64,000 nucleotides of DNA from Candidatus Omnitrophota bacterium (GCA_035292445.1 DATDQB010000003.1:9692-73691); one strand, 5' to 3'; positions 40,202-50,279 are shown, numbered from the stretch's first letter. Translations and numbers: made by a program. The notes: a model not told the origin generated them from the letters alone.

Positions 40202-41917
40202 CTATTCAGCTTCGATAAAGGTCACTTTGTTGACCTCTTCAAGCGTTGTGAGACCTTGTAAAGCCTTTTCCATGCCATCTTCCCACAATAATTTCATGCC
40301 GGCCTTTCGGGCGGCTTCCTGGATCTCATCGCTGGATTTCCCGGCCTGAATAACGCTGCGCAGCTCCTTGTTCAAGACCATCAGTTCAAAAATACCGATG
40401 CGGCCGTAATAACCCGTTTTACCGCAGGCATCGCAGCCCTTTCCCCGGTAAAAGGTATATGTCTTTGTAGCGTCCTCTAATCTTGCGCGTTTCAGTTCCT
40501 CCGGCGTTGGTTGGTAACTCTCCTTGCATTTGGGGCAGATCATACGGACTAACCGCTGGGCCAATATGCCGCAGACCGAGGAAATGACAAGATAAAGAGG
40601 GATCCCCATATCCACCAAACGGACAATGGAGCTGGCGGCATCGTTGGTGTGAAGGGTGCTGAAGACCAGATGCCCCGTCAATGCGGCACGGACGGCGATA
40701 TCCGCTGTCTCGGTATCCCGCATCTCCCCCACCATGATCACGTCCGGGTCCTGGCGCAAAATGGACCTTAATCCTTTGGCAAAGGTGACCCCCGCTTTGA
40801 CATTGACAGCGATCTGGTTCACTCCTTTGATCTCGTATTCCACCGGCTCTTCGATCGTAATGATGTTCTTATCCGCCGTATTGATGGTTTGCAGGGCCAA
40901 ATAAAGGGTGGTCGATTTCCCGCTTCCCGTCGGGCCGGTCACCAGGACAATGCCAAAGGGACGTTCGATCAATTCCCTGAATTTCGTGTATACATCATCG
41001 CCAAAACCGGAATTTTTAAGGTCTTTAAGAATGACGCTCGGGTCCAGCAGGCGCATGACCACCGTTTCGCCGTAAGTTGTCGGGACCGTGGAAACGCGCA
41101 CATCCACTTCTTTTTCCTCCACGTTCATCTTAAACCGGCCGTCCTGGGGGGTCCGCTTGATCGAGATGTCGATGCCCGCCATGATCTTGATCCTCGAGAT
41201 AATGATCTCCTGAAGATGTTTAGGCGGCGTCATCGCCTCCCGCAAACCGCCATCGACGCGGTAACGGACCCGCAAAACCTCTTCTTCCGGCTCGATATGG
41301 ATATCGCTGGCCCGGGCTTTCACCGCCTCGGTGATCATCGTATTGACCATTTTGATGATGGGCGCCTGGTCCGTTTCGATGATCTGTTCTTTGGGCTCTA
41401 CCTTTTTAACTTTTGTCTGGCGTTTCGACTCGATCCGGTCAGCCTCTTGGGCCATGCTGGTAACCGCTTGATGCAGGCGTTCTTTGCCATGATAAAATTT
41501 GTCGATCGCCCTGAGGATCTCCTCTTTTCGGCATAAAACAACCTCGATCTTTGATTTAGCCATCCCCTCGATATCATCGATGGCGAAAACATCAAAAGGA
41601 TCGGCCATCGCGACCTGTAAGGTATCCCCTTCTTTGGAAAGAGGCATCACCATATATTGCCGGCAGTGGTTTTCCGGGATCAATTTGATCACGCCGGGAT
41701 CAAGGATAAGGCTGGATAATTCCCTGGCGACCGGAACATGAAGGCATTCGCTCATAAAATGGATCAATTTTTCCTCGGTAATAAAACCCATATCCACCAG
41801 GACCTGCCTCAGGACCATTTTTGTTTCTTGATGTTTCTTGAGGGCGACGTCAAACTGCTCCTGGGTGATGAGCCCCTCTTCCACTAATCGTTCGCCTAAT
41901 CGGATTCTTTTGTACAT
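40202..41917 (-). CDS. pilB: PilB/GspE assembly ATPase with MshEN-like N-terminus
   Basis: RLGERLVEEGLIT; GPTGSGKST; LRQDPDVIMVGEMRD; CPKC/CDAC. Confidence 0.95.
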   Translation of the reverse strand: MYKRIRLGERLVEEGLITQEQFDVALKKHQETKMVLRQVLVDMGFITEEKLIHFMSECLHVPVARELSSLILDPGVIKLIPENHCRQYMVMPLSKEGDTLQVAMADPFDVFAIDDIEGMAKSKIEVVLCRKEEILRAIDKFYHGKERLHQAVTSMAQEADRIESKRQTKVKKVEPKEQIIETDQAPIIKMVNTMITEAVKARASDIHIEPEEEVLRVRYRVDGGLREAMTPPKHLQEIIISRIKIMAGIDISIKRTPQDGRFKMNVEEKEVDVRVSTVPTTYGETVVMRLLDPSVILKDLKNSGFGDDVYTKFRELIERPFGIVLVTGPTGSGKSTTLYLALQTINTADKNIITIEEPVEYEIKGVNQIAVNVKAGVTFAKGLRSILRQDPDVIMVGEMRDTETADIAVRAALTGHLVFSTLHTNDAASSIVRLVDMGIPLYLVISSVCGILAQRLVRMICPKCKESYQPTPEELKRARLEDATKTYTFYRGKGCDACGKTGYYGRIGIFELMVLNKELRSVIQAGKSSDEIQEAARKAGMKLLWEDGMEKALQGLTTLEEVNKVTFIEAE

Positions 41918-41940
41918 GGATAAAGCCTAATTTACCTAGC

Positions 41941-42309
41941 TCATTGAAGGGTTGTTTCAATGCATTTGATCAATAATTTTGTCTTGAGCGGCTTGACTAA
42001 ATAATACTCCGCCCCCAGATGGATGCCTTTTTGAATATCCTCTTCCAAACCCATCCCCGTCAACATAACAACGGGGATCGTTTGCGTTTCCTTGTTTTTC
42101 TTCATCTCACCCAACACCTCATAACCGCTTATTTTGGGCAGCATGATGTCCAGGATCACTAGATCAGGCTTTTTCTGCTGCATAAGCCTTAAGCCTTCTT
42201 CGCCATCAAGGGCCGTGGCCACCGAGTAACCGAGCTTGCCCAGTTCGCTCTGCAGTATTTTGTTCAAGTCCTTATCGTCATCAATGATCAGAATTTCTTT
42301 TCTTTTCAT
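41941..42309 (-). CDS. single-domain response regulator
   Basis: IDDD, LDIMLP, VKP. Confidence 0.9.
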   Translation of the reverse strand: MKRKEILIIDDDKDLNKILQSELGKLGYSVATALDGEEGLRLMQQKKPDLVILDIMLPKISGYEVLGEMKKNKETQTIPVVMLTGMGLEEDIQKGIHLGAEYYLVKPLKTKLLIKCIETTLQ

Positions 42310-42460
42310 TGCATTCTCCCTAGTTTACTTATAATTATATTTCTATTATATAAGAAATCTATTTATTAAAAACGGTTTTTATAAAAATCGCATTTTTCCA
42401 ATAAAAAAAGGCAAGACCGAAACGCCTTACCTTATCCAACAACCGCCCCCTTGTTAGCCA

Positions 42461-42838
42461 CTAGGCAATGGTCTTTATCTTATCCATTAACTCCTTGAAA
42501 TTAAATGGTTTACCGATAGCCGGGTAAAAGCGATCCCCAACCTTGATCTTGGTGGCCGTTTCCTCTTCATCTTCAACAACGATGCCAGAAAGAAAAATTA
42601 CCGGGATATCCCTGGTGGATTGGTACTCCTGGAGCGTGCGCACGCAATCGGCCCCGTCAATATCGCCCAAAACAATGTCCATTAAAATGACATCGGGCAT
42701 GAAATCTTTGGCCTTTTTAAGCACCTCTTGCCCTTCGCTAAGGGTGCTGACATTAAAGCCTTCCGATTTTAACTTATGGGACAACAATTCAGAAATGTCT
42801 TTGTTATCGTCAACGATCAGGATTTTTCTTACGCCCAT
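42461..42838 (-). CDS. single-domain response regulator
   Basis: VDDN, MDIVL, GKPF. Confidence 0.88.
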   Translation of the reverse strand: MGVRKILIVDDNKDISELLSHKLKSEGFNVSTLSEGQEVLKKAKDFMPDVILMDIVLGDIDGADCVRTLQEYQSTRDIPVIFLSGIVVEDEEETATKIKVGDRFYPAIGKPFNFKELMDKIKTIA

Positions 42839-42888
42839 GTTAATCTCCTTTTATGGCAAACGCCACCCACCACTAATTTTTACTCCAA

Positions 42889-43491
42889 TTAAAAGGAAAA
42901 AGCCCTCTCAAAAGACAGCCTATAAATATTTTCGGCCGTGGTCTTAACCCCAGTGATGAACTTGAAAAAGCTCCACTTGTCAAAGACCAAATCAAAGAGC
43001 AAGACCGTCAGGCAGATCACCGCCACGAAAACGAGGCTCATCCAAAAAAAGTATGTCGGCTTGATCGGCGTCTTCTCCTCTTCCTGCATTTCCTGGGCGG
43101 TGAGCAGGATATGCATGGCAAAGGCAAAACCGACGAAGAACATGTAATAAGGGCTCACGTTGCTGGCGCCCAATAACGTTTTCGTCACATAGAACAAAAG
43201 CAGGACGATCGTCAGGTAGAACGGGACCAGCCGGGAAATGAGCCTGTCCGCCGGCTGCAGGAAAGACATCAGGCCTTGCATCATGCGCTGGCCGAAATCA
43301 TAGACGCCCCAGAACTGGTACAAAAACAAGAACGTCACCAGAAAGCCGAAGATCCCCCACCGGAAGAACTCCGCATAGCTGGCGGGATAGGTGGTCAAGT
43401 GGCTTTCAAAAGCGACGAAGGTGGCGATCACGATGGGGAGCATCAGGACCGCCAGGAAAAACTTAAGCATCGTTAATATGAAATCGCCCAT
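42889..43491 (-). CDS. hypothetical multi-TM membrane protein
   Basis: ~5 hydrophobic segments; follows serS. Confidence 0.7.
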   Translation of the reverse strand: MGDFILTMLKFFLAVLMLPIVIATFVAFESHLTTYPASYAEFFRWGIFGFLVTFLFLYQFWGVYDFGQRMMQGLMSFLQPADRLISRLVPFYLTIVLLLFYVTKTLLGASNVSPYYMFFVGFAFAMHILLTAQEMQEEEKTPIKPTYFFWMSLVFVAVICLTVLLFDLVFDKWSFFKFITGVKTTAENIYRLSFERAFSF

Positions 43492-43502
43492 AATAATCTC
43501 CT

Positions 43503-44786
43503 TTATGAAAACGATTGTTTAGAAATCTTTGTTAACCCATCCATGTACGGGCGCAACGCCTCAGGGATAGCAACCTCCCCTTCCTTGGTCTGGTTGTTTT
43601 CCAAAAGAGCGGCCACGGTGCGCGGAAGAGCGACGCCGGAGCCGTTTAACGTGTGGACGAACCCCGTTCCCTTAGTTGCCTTGCCCTTAAAACGGATGTT
43701 CGCCCGGCGGGCCTGGAAATTCTCAAAATTGGAACAGCTGGAGGCCTCCAGCCATTTGTCAAGCCCGGCGGCGTAAACTTCGATGTCATAGCATTTGGCC
43801 GCCGCGAAGCTCAGATCCCCGCTCGCCAACTGCAACACGCGGTAGGGGATGTTCAGGAGTTGAAAGATCTTTTCAGCGTTTTTGACGAGGGCTTCCAGCT
43901 CCTCGTAAGAATTTTCGGGTGTTGTAAATTTGACCATCTCCACTTTATCGAACTGGTGAACGCGGATAAGGCCCTTGGTGTCCTTGCCGTAGGAGCCTGC
44001 TTCCCGGCGGAAACACGGCGTGTACGCCGTATAATAAATGGGCAGGTCTTCCTCTTTGAGGATCTCATCGCGGTGGATGTTGGTGACCGGCACCTCGGCG
44101 GTGGGGATCAAGAACAGATCCTCCTCCTTCAGCCTGTACATGTCCGCTTCCATCTTGGGCAGCTGCCCCGTCCCGGTCATGGCGTCGCGGTTGACCAGTA
44201 CCGGCGGGGAGATCTCCTTATAACCGTGCTCTTTGGTGTGCACATCCAGCATGAAATTAATGAGCGCCCGCTCCAGCCGGGCGCCGAGGCCTTTGAACAA
44301 AATAAAATTGCTGCCCGAGATCTTGGTGCAACGCTTAAAGTCCACGATGTCCAATTTTTCGACCAGGTCCAGATGCGTCAGCGGCTTAAAATTGAATTTT
44401 GGCTTCTCGCCCCAGCTGCGCACGGTCGTATTTTTTTCAGCACCGCCGGAGGCCACGCTCTCATGCGGCAGGTTGGGGATGCCGATCAACAGCTCATCCA
44501 GTTCGTGCCGCAGGGATTTGGCTTTGGGCTCAAGTTCGTCTATTTGCGCGGCGATGGCCTTCATGGCAATGATCTTTTCCTTGGCGTCCTTTTTCGCTTT
44601 AAGGAGTGCTGCGATATCGTCGTTGGCCGCGTTCTGCCGGGCTTTTAAGTCATCGCATTTTTGCTGAATGGCCCGGCGGGACTGGTCTTTCTCATAAATC
44701 AAGTCCAGATCCGCCTTGAAATTTTTCTTGAGCAATCCCTCACGGACGGCTTTGCGGTTATCCCGGATCAGTTGAATGTCGAACAT
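43503..44786 (-). CDS. serS: serine--tRNA ligase
   Basis: N-terminal coiled coil, IPTAEVP, FRREAG...IRVHQF, TLNGSG. Confidence 0.98.
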   Translation of the reverse strand: MFDIQLIRDNRKAVREGLLKKNFKADLDLIYEKDQSRRAIQQKCDDLKARQNAANDDIAALLKAKKDAKEKIIAMKAIAAQIDELEPKAKSLRHELDELLIGIPNLPHESVASGGAEKNTTVRSWGEKPKFNFKPLTHLDLVEKLDIVDFKRCTKISGSNFILFKGLGARLERALINFMLDVHTKEHGYKEISPPVLVNRDAMTGTGQLPKMEADMYRLKEEDLFLIPTAEVPVTNIHRDEILKEEDLPIYYTAYTPCFRREAGSYGKDTKGLIRVHQFDKVEMVKFTTPENSYEELEALVKNAEKIFQLLNIPYRVLQLASGDLSFAAAKCYDIEVYAAGLDKWLEASSCSNFENFQARRANIRFKGKATKGTGFVHTLNGSGVALPRTVAALLENNQTKEGEVAIPEALRPYMDGLTKISKQSFS

Positions 44787-44807
44787 GGGGTATTTTTTAG
44801 CGCGGTT

Positions 44808-45233
44808 TTAATCGGCCCTGAAATGCTCCTGCAGGACCTGCTGGATCTGTGTAGCCAGCACCTTAGGGTTTATGGGCTTGCACATAAAATTCTCGGCATC
44901 CAACGAAAAACATTCCACCAAATTGGACGGCGAATCAACGCCGGTCAGAAAAATGACGGGGATATCTTTGGTCGCCTCGTTCTCTTTGATCTGCCGGCAC
45001 ATGGCGACCCCGTCCATTATCGGCATGTTGCAGTCGGAAAGGATCAGATCCGGCTTGTGGGAGAGCGCTTTGATATAGCCTTCGGCCCCGTTCTCTGCCG
45101 TCATCACCCGGCAGCCCAGGTCCTTCAAGGCGTGCACGATGATCTTGCGGTCGACTTCGTTGTCATCGACCACCAAAATGATGCGGTCCTTGAAGGTTGG
45201 TGCGTCTTTTTTCCCGAACAAATTATTTAACAT
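44808..45233 (-). CDS. single-domain response regulator
   Basis: VDDN, SDCNMP, KP. Confidence 0.88.
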   Translation of the reverse strand: MLNNLFGKKDAPTFKDRIILVVDDNEVDRKIIVHALKDLGCRVMTAENGAEGYIKALSHKPDLILSDCNMPIMDGVAMCRQIKENEATKDIPVIFLTGVDSPSNLVECFSLDAENFMCKPINPKVLATQIQQVLQEHFRAD

Positions 45234-45336
45234 ATTAGTATATCTATAAGTATTGAATAATACATTAATTTATAGCACAGCCCCTCTATAAAATCAAAAC
45301 ACTTTCCTTCTTTCTTGATGAAACGCCTTGGCGGGA

Positions 45337-46440
45337 TTAAGCCTTTTCGAGGCCTTTGAACTTGAGCTCTTGGATCAAGGCGGGGTCGAATCTTTCGCAG
45401 GAAGCCTGCCCGAACATTTTCAGGAAACGCCCTAAAGACTTGTCCTTGGCGATGACAAGGTGGTACTTTTTCTTCTTGGTCAGGGCTTTCCAGAAAACAG
45501 ACCATTTTTTGTTAAAGGGAAAAAATTTGACGTCCGAAATTTCATGGACATTGGCTTCCTTAAATATTTTTTCGCGTTCCGGGGCCGCCCCCTTCACCCA
45601 CATCGAGATAAAATGGCCCTCACGCCCAAGCAGTACGGCGCGCTCCAGCGCCTCCAGCAACTCCTCGTGGCTGTCAACCACCCAAGCGAGGCGCAAACTT
45701 CTGCCCCATTTCTTCAGGTAAGCGTCCCGGGATTTTTTGAACAATACCTCTTGGCCCTTGCCCAGTTGGTCCGATGAGCCGTGCAGCGCATGCCAGACGT
45801 AGGCGCGTTTGGCCACCCCCAGCCGGAACCCCGCCTTATAGACCCGACGGGAATAATCGGAATCCTCGAAAAACATGGGGGCGAATTCCGGCGAGAATCC
45901 GCCGATCCTTTCGATGAGCGCGCGGCGGGCTACCATGCAAAAGCCGATGCAAAAAGGCATGTCGACAAAGGAGCCTTTGGCAAAGGTGCGCTTCAAGCGC
46001 TCGCTCAACTCATCGATCGATTCCCCCTTTTGCGGCATCCTGTTCAAGTTATTGCTGTTGGGGTTCAACAGCCCCACGTCCGGATTTTCTTTGAAAGCCC
46101 AGATGACCTCATCCAGCCAGCCGCGGGTGAAGACAACATCGTTATTGCAAAAGCACACGTACGGGGCGTCGCTCACCGCGAGCCCCTGGTTCATGGCGGG
46201 CCCGTAGCCTTTGTTATCGTTGTTAAGGATGATGATGAATTTATGCTCGCCCGTATCGCGCAGGGTGCTCAAGAATTCCCGCGTGCCGTCCCCGCTGCCG
46301 TTGTCGATAAAAATCACGCGCGAGGGCGTCTGCGTTTGGGCCAGGAAGCTTTTGACGAACCTTTGCGTATGGTCGATCTTGTTGAACGTCGGGACGATGA
46401 TGTCGCAGAGGGTTTTCGGGATCTGTTTTTCTTCTTCCAT
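45337..46440 (-). CDS. GT2 glycosyltransferase
   Basis: IIVPTFN, IDNGSGDGT, NND, FFED. Confidence 0.9.
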   Translation of the reverse strand: MEEEKQIPKTLCDIIVPTFNKIDHTQRFVKSFLAQTQTPSRVIFIDNGSGDGTREFLSTLRDTGEHKFIIILNNDNKGYGPAMNQGLAVSDAPYVCFCNNDVVFTRGWLDEVIWAFKENPDVGLLNPNSNNLNRMPQKGESIDELSERLKRTFAKGSFVDMPFCIGFCMVARRALIERIGGFSPEFAPMFFEDSDYSRRVYKAGFRLGVAKRAYVWHALHGSSDQLGKGQEVLFKKSRDAYLKKWGRSLRLAWVVDSHEELLEALERAVLLGREGHFISMWVKGAAPEREKIFKEANVHEISDVKFFPFNKKWSVFWKALTKKKKYHLVIAKDKSLGRFLKMFGQASCERFDPALIQELKFKGLEKA

Positions 46441-47924
46441 TATTTTTTGGCCTTTGCCTTAATGATCCAGAACGTCGGTTTGATAAAGGGGTTTTTCTCG
46501 GCTGATGCAAAAATCTTGAACTTTAAAGCGAACTCATAGTAGAGGATGCGAAGCGGCGTTGGGATATCTTCAACCCTAGCATAACGCTTTTCGCAAAATT
46601 GCACAATCTTTTTGCGCAGATTTTCCTTGGCGTAGCGCGAGAAAAGCCGCAGCCTTTTATAAAGCCATTTATGGTACGTCATTTTCTGTGAATAGGCCTC
46701 GGCCCCCTCAAACCCTTGGACCAGCTCAAGAAGTTCCTTAAGGGTCAGCTCCTTGACGTGAAAAGGGGTATGGACCTTTTTGCCTTTGCAGGTGGTCTCG
46801 ATGTTGGGCGTGGAAAGGATCAGCAATCCGCCGGGCTTTAACACGCGGCGCACTTCATCCAAGAATTCTTTCTGGAAAGCGACGTGCTCGATGGTCTCAA
46901 AAGAAACGACCGCGTCAAAATGGTTCGATGGGAAGCGCAGCTCCTTGATGTCCATGACCTCGTAATGGATGTTGGCGCCGGCATAGCGTTCACTGGCGTA
47001 GCTAATCGTTTCGGGGCTGATGTCGATGCCGTGGACCTGCTTGGCTGTTTGAGCCAGCATCTTTGAGCCGTAGCCGGCCCCGCAGGAAGCATCCAACACA
47101 TTCATCCCCTTGACGAATTGGCTGGCGAATTTGTAGCGCTCGATATGTTCCTGGTACGTTTCATCGGTCTCTTTCAAGACCGCTGGGACAAGCCGCTCCC
47201 CCGTGAACTCCAAATGCTTCGCTGTGATGGGCCTCTTCTCGATAAGGCCGATGCCGGCCCAGCTCTGGTTCCAGTCCTTGACGATCTCGCGATGCACATA
47301 AGAATTTTTAATGTCCTGCCAAAATTCCTCGACGTGGCAGTCCGGGTGCTTACAGGGGACAATGTCCTGCAGCGCGATGATCCCGTCGGGAGCAAGGAGA
47401 GCTCCGTACATCTCGAAATCCTGCTTGACGCCTTCATAGGTATGGTCCCCATCGATAAAAATAAAATCGGCAAGGCGGCCGTTCAAAAGCGAACGGACCT
47501 TCTCGAAGGTCTCCTTATCATGCGAGCTGGCGCGTATCAAATGTATCTTCTGCCCCCTTAGGCCTATGCGCTTGAAGATGGGGATCTTGTGCGCGGGGTA
47601 TGAGTTGCCGAATTCGCCCCCGGGAAGATCGACGGAAATGATGGTCGCCCTTTTGTCGGCCGTGCGTGAATAAACGAAGAGCATCCCCCCGCTGCGGCCC
47701 GTGCCGATCTCAACGATCGTTTGCGGGCGTCTTTTTTGAAGGACCTTGGCCAGGCCCACGACTTCCTCTTTGACCTGCCCCGGCTTGAACAATTCCCAGC
47801 AGTCATCGTAGATAAAATCGGCCAAGACTTGCGCCGGGCTGTTGCGCTTGACCCCTCTCATCTTAAGAAGCCCTGCGTAATAATAAAAATAACGGAACGT
47901 CCGTTGGAGCGGGTTTGTTTTCAT
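46440..47924 (-). CDS. tandem SAM-methyltransferase fusion
   Basis: N domain VEIGT...FIDGDHTY; C domain FTGER...LDASCGAGYG...FETIEH. Confidence 0.88.
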   Translation of the reverse strand: MKTNPLQRTFRYFYYYAGLLKMRGVKRNSPAQVLADFIYDDCWELFKPGQVKEEVVGLAKVLQKRRPQTIVEIGTGRSGGMLFVYSRTADKRATIISVDLPGGEFGNSYPAHKIPIFKRIGLRGQKIHLIRASSHDKETFEKVRSLLNGRLADFIFIDGDHTYEGVKQDFEMYGALLAPDGIIALQDIVPCKHPDCHVEEFWQDIKNSYVHREIVKDWNQSWAGIGLIEKRPITAKHLEFTGERLVPAVLKETDETYQEHIERYKFASQFVKGMNVLDASCGAGYGSKMLAQTAKQVHGIDISPETISYASERYAGANIHYEVMDIKELRFPSNHFDAVVSFETIEHVAFQKEFLDEVRRVLKPGGLLILSTPNIETTCKGKKVHTPFHVKELTLKELLELVQGFEGAEAYSQKMTYHKWLYKRLRLFSRYAKENLRKKIVQFCEKRYARVEDIPTPLRILYYEFALKFKIFASAEKNPFIKPTFWIIKAKAKK

Positions 47925-47925
47925 A

Positions 47926-49170
47926 TCAATCTTCTTTCACGATTCCCTGACGTTGCGCGAGAATCCCTTGGAAAGCCGGGCTGCGGACGATCACATCGGC
48001 CACGATCTTGTTTCCCTCCGGCGTCATGTGGCCGTCCCAGTCAAAAAAATATTGTTTCTTCGGCGCGGCCAAGAACGCGTCCAGGGTATTGATAAAAGGG
48101 ATGTCGTTGGCTTTGGCAAATGCCTCCACCATCTCAAAGGGCAGCCGGTCGCTGTATTGCTTGCCTGCCTCGAAGCCCCACGTTACCCGCCCTTCATTCC
48201 ACTGGTCTTCCCCGACGTAAATGCCGTGCGGGTACATGACCAGGGCCATCGGGATGCCGCGCTCCTCAAGGAGTTGTTTGATCTCAAGCAGGTATTTGCC
48301 CGTGCGCGCGAATTGCTGGCGGATGAGCCGCTCGCGCGTTTTTCCGCGCATCATGAGAAACCCGTCATATTCCAAAAGGACACTGTCAGGATACGCGCCT
48401 TCTTCGGCGTTGACGATGACGGCCTTGGCCCGCTTTTCCTCCTGCTTGACGCGGATGTAGCCCATTAACCCCAACAACCGCAGCTTCTCCCACGAGGTGA
48501 GGACCTTCTGGTCGATATATTTGCAGAAAGCGCTGTAAAAAGCGAGCGTGCGCCAGAGGCTGCGTTTGCCGTTAAGGTAGGTGGTATCAAAAAATTTGAC
48601 CTGGCCGTTCTCATCAAAAACGGCGTAACGCTCCTGCCGCCAGTCGTCCTGGATGTCCGTCATGTCCAAAAGAAGCAGCACCACATCGGGCCCATACTTA
48701 AAATGGATGTTCCTGAAATTGACCACATGCCTTAAGGGAGAGGCGTGACCGATGCCGGCGTTGACGACTTCAGTGTTGAGGCCTTGTTGTTTCAGGTTTT
48801 CTTCGATCAAATAGGGAATGGTCTCATTGTCCTGGGAGCCCACGCCAAAGGTGAAAGAATCGCCGACGGCAAAGACCCGCAGCTTCCCTTCTTCCTTGGG
48901 CATGGCGAAATCGGCCCCGCGGTAACCGTAGCGGTTGATATGGGCGGTGTAGCTGAACTCCCCGTGCTTGCTGGACCTGTTCTCCAGGACCGAATTGGGC
49001 TTGAAAAGATATTCCTGGCTGAGTTGGGTGGTGCGGGATAAGGGGTTGGGCGCCCCGCGGAAAATGCGGAACATCACCTCGCCGATGATGAAAAACAAAA
49101 ATAGGAACAACATCAGCGCTGCGACGCTGAAAATGGCCTTTTTCAATGGCGAGATCTGTTGTGCGGGCAT
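47926..49170 (-). CDS. SGNH/GDSL hydrolase (AlgJ/AlgX-like)
   Basis: N-terminal TM, GDSFTFG, NAG, DGH. Confidence 0.85.
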   Translation of the reverse strand: MPAQQISPLKKAIFSVAALMLFLFLFFIIGEVMFRIFRGAPNPLSRTTQLSQEYLFKPNSVLENRSSKHGEFSYTAHINRYGYRGADFAMPKEEGKLRVFAVGDSFTFGVGSQDNETIPYLIEENLKQQGLNTEVVNAGIGHASPLRHVVNFRNIHFKYGPDVVLLLLDMTDIQDDWRQERYAVFDENGQVKFFDTTYLNGKRSLWRTLAFYSAFCKYIDQKVLTSWEKLRLLGLMGYIRVKQEEKRAKAVIVNAEEGAYPDSVLLEYDGFLMMRGKTRERLIRQQFARTGKYLLEIKQLLEERGIPMALVMYPHGIYVGEDQWNEGRVTWGFEAGKQYSDRLPFEMVEAFAKANDIPFINTLDAFLAAPKKQYFFDWDGHMTPEGNKIVADVIVRSPAFQGILAQRQGIVKED

Positions 49171-49233
49171 ACGCTTCCCTTCCTTCGACGGTTGTGTATA
49201 TTAGCATACCGAAGGAAAGGAAACGAGAAATTT

Positions 49234-49884
49234 TTAGATTTGCCGGCCCGGCCTTCTTCTTATCAGGGCCAAAGCGCCCAACAGTAAGCAAGACAAACTC
49301 GATGGCTCCGGCACCGTCGAAGGGGCCAAAGATCTCCCATCAATGCTTTTCCCGGGCGAAAACAACGCGCCGTTGGCTTGGGCGAGGCTTGAATGCAAAA
49401 CGAAATTTCCTGTTGCTTCGGGGAAGCGGACGATCGAACGGTCCTGGTTGGCCAAGTTGCCGTAAGTTATTTGGTCAATGACCTGGTTGTTCAGATCGGA
49501 TAATGTGACCGTTTCCAGAGTATTATTCAAACTAAGCCCGCCCGTTGAGGCCAATTGCCAGTTGATGCCCGGCAGATTCGGCGATCCTCCGCCAAAGACA
49601 ACCAAAAATTGATAAGGGCTTAAGAACGTATTGGCGGGAAAAACGTGGCGGGTTGAAACCGCATCTTTCAAGGTCCAACCGGAAAGATTGACGGATTGAT
49701 CAGTGAAATTAAGAATTTCTAAAAATTCATCGTCCGTTTGTGACCGGACGCCGTCCCCATTGGCATCACCCGCTAAACCTGCCGCCGGATCGGCGAAGAT
49801 TTCGTTAATGACAACAAACGCCTGCGCCCTTGGCGCAACAACTAAAAGAACAAACAACAAAACCAACATAATCCTTCCTCGCAT
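49234..49884 (-). CDS. lamin-tail-domain protein with PEP-CTERM signal
   Basis: Signal peptide, VVINEI...DEFLEILN...LSGW, VPEP-TM-RRR. Confidence 0.9.
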   Translation of the reverse strand: MRGRIMLVLLFVLLVVAPRAQAFVVINEIFADPAAGLAGDANGDGVRSQTDDEFLEILNFTDQSVNLSGWTLKDAVSTRHVFPANTFLSPYQFLVVFGGGSPNLPGINWQLASTGGLSLNNTLETVTLSDLNNQVIDQITYGNLANQDRSIVRFPEATGNFVLHSSLAQANGALFSPGKSIDGRSLAPSTVPEPSSLSCLLLGALALIRRRPGRQI

Positions 49885-49931
49885 CGTAACCCTCCCTTTT
49901 GCAGTGTTTCAGTTAATAATGTATTCAACCC

Positions 49932-50279
49932 TTAAAAAATAATACCCAAATGAATCGCCAGCGCTTTCTCCACGAATTTTATTTTATTTTCAGGTAAGAC
50001 GGCCAATTGTTTTAAGAGCCTGGCCTTGTCAATCGTTCTGATCTGCTGGCACTTGATCTTTGAATCTTTCACGAGGCCGACTTCAGATTTGCCTAACGCC
50101 ACTTCATACGGCTGGACCCTTTTTCCCGGATCCGTGATCGGCAACACGGTAACCGTTAAAGCGAACTCGTTGCTAATGTCGTTAGAAATGATGCAGGCAG
50201 GACGTTTTTTCTTGATTTCAGCGCCTATGGCCGGTTCAAAATCGACAAGCCATATCTGGCCGCGTTTGGGATAGCTCAT
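49932..50279 (-). CDS. MazF/PemK-family toxin
   Basis: RGQIWLVDF.P..G.E..K.RPA...SND; QIRTIDK.RL. Confidence 0.92.
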   Translation of the reverse strand: MSYPKRGQIWLVDFEPAIGAEIKKKRPACIISNDISNEFALTVTVLPITDPGKRVQPYEVALGKSEVGLVKDSKIKCQQIRTIDKARLLKQLAVLPENKIKFVEKALAIHLGIIF

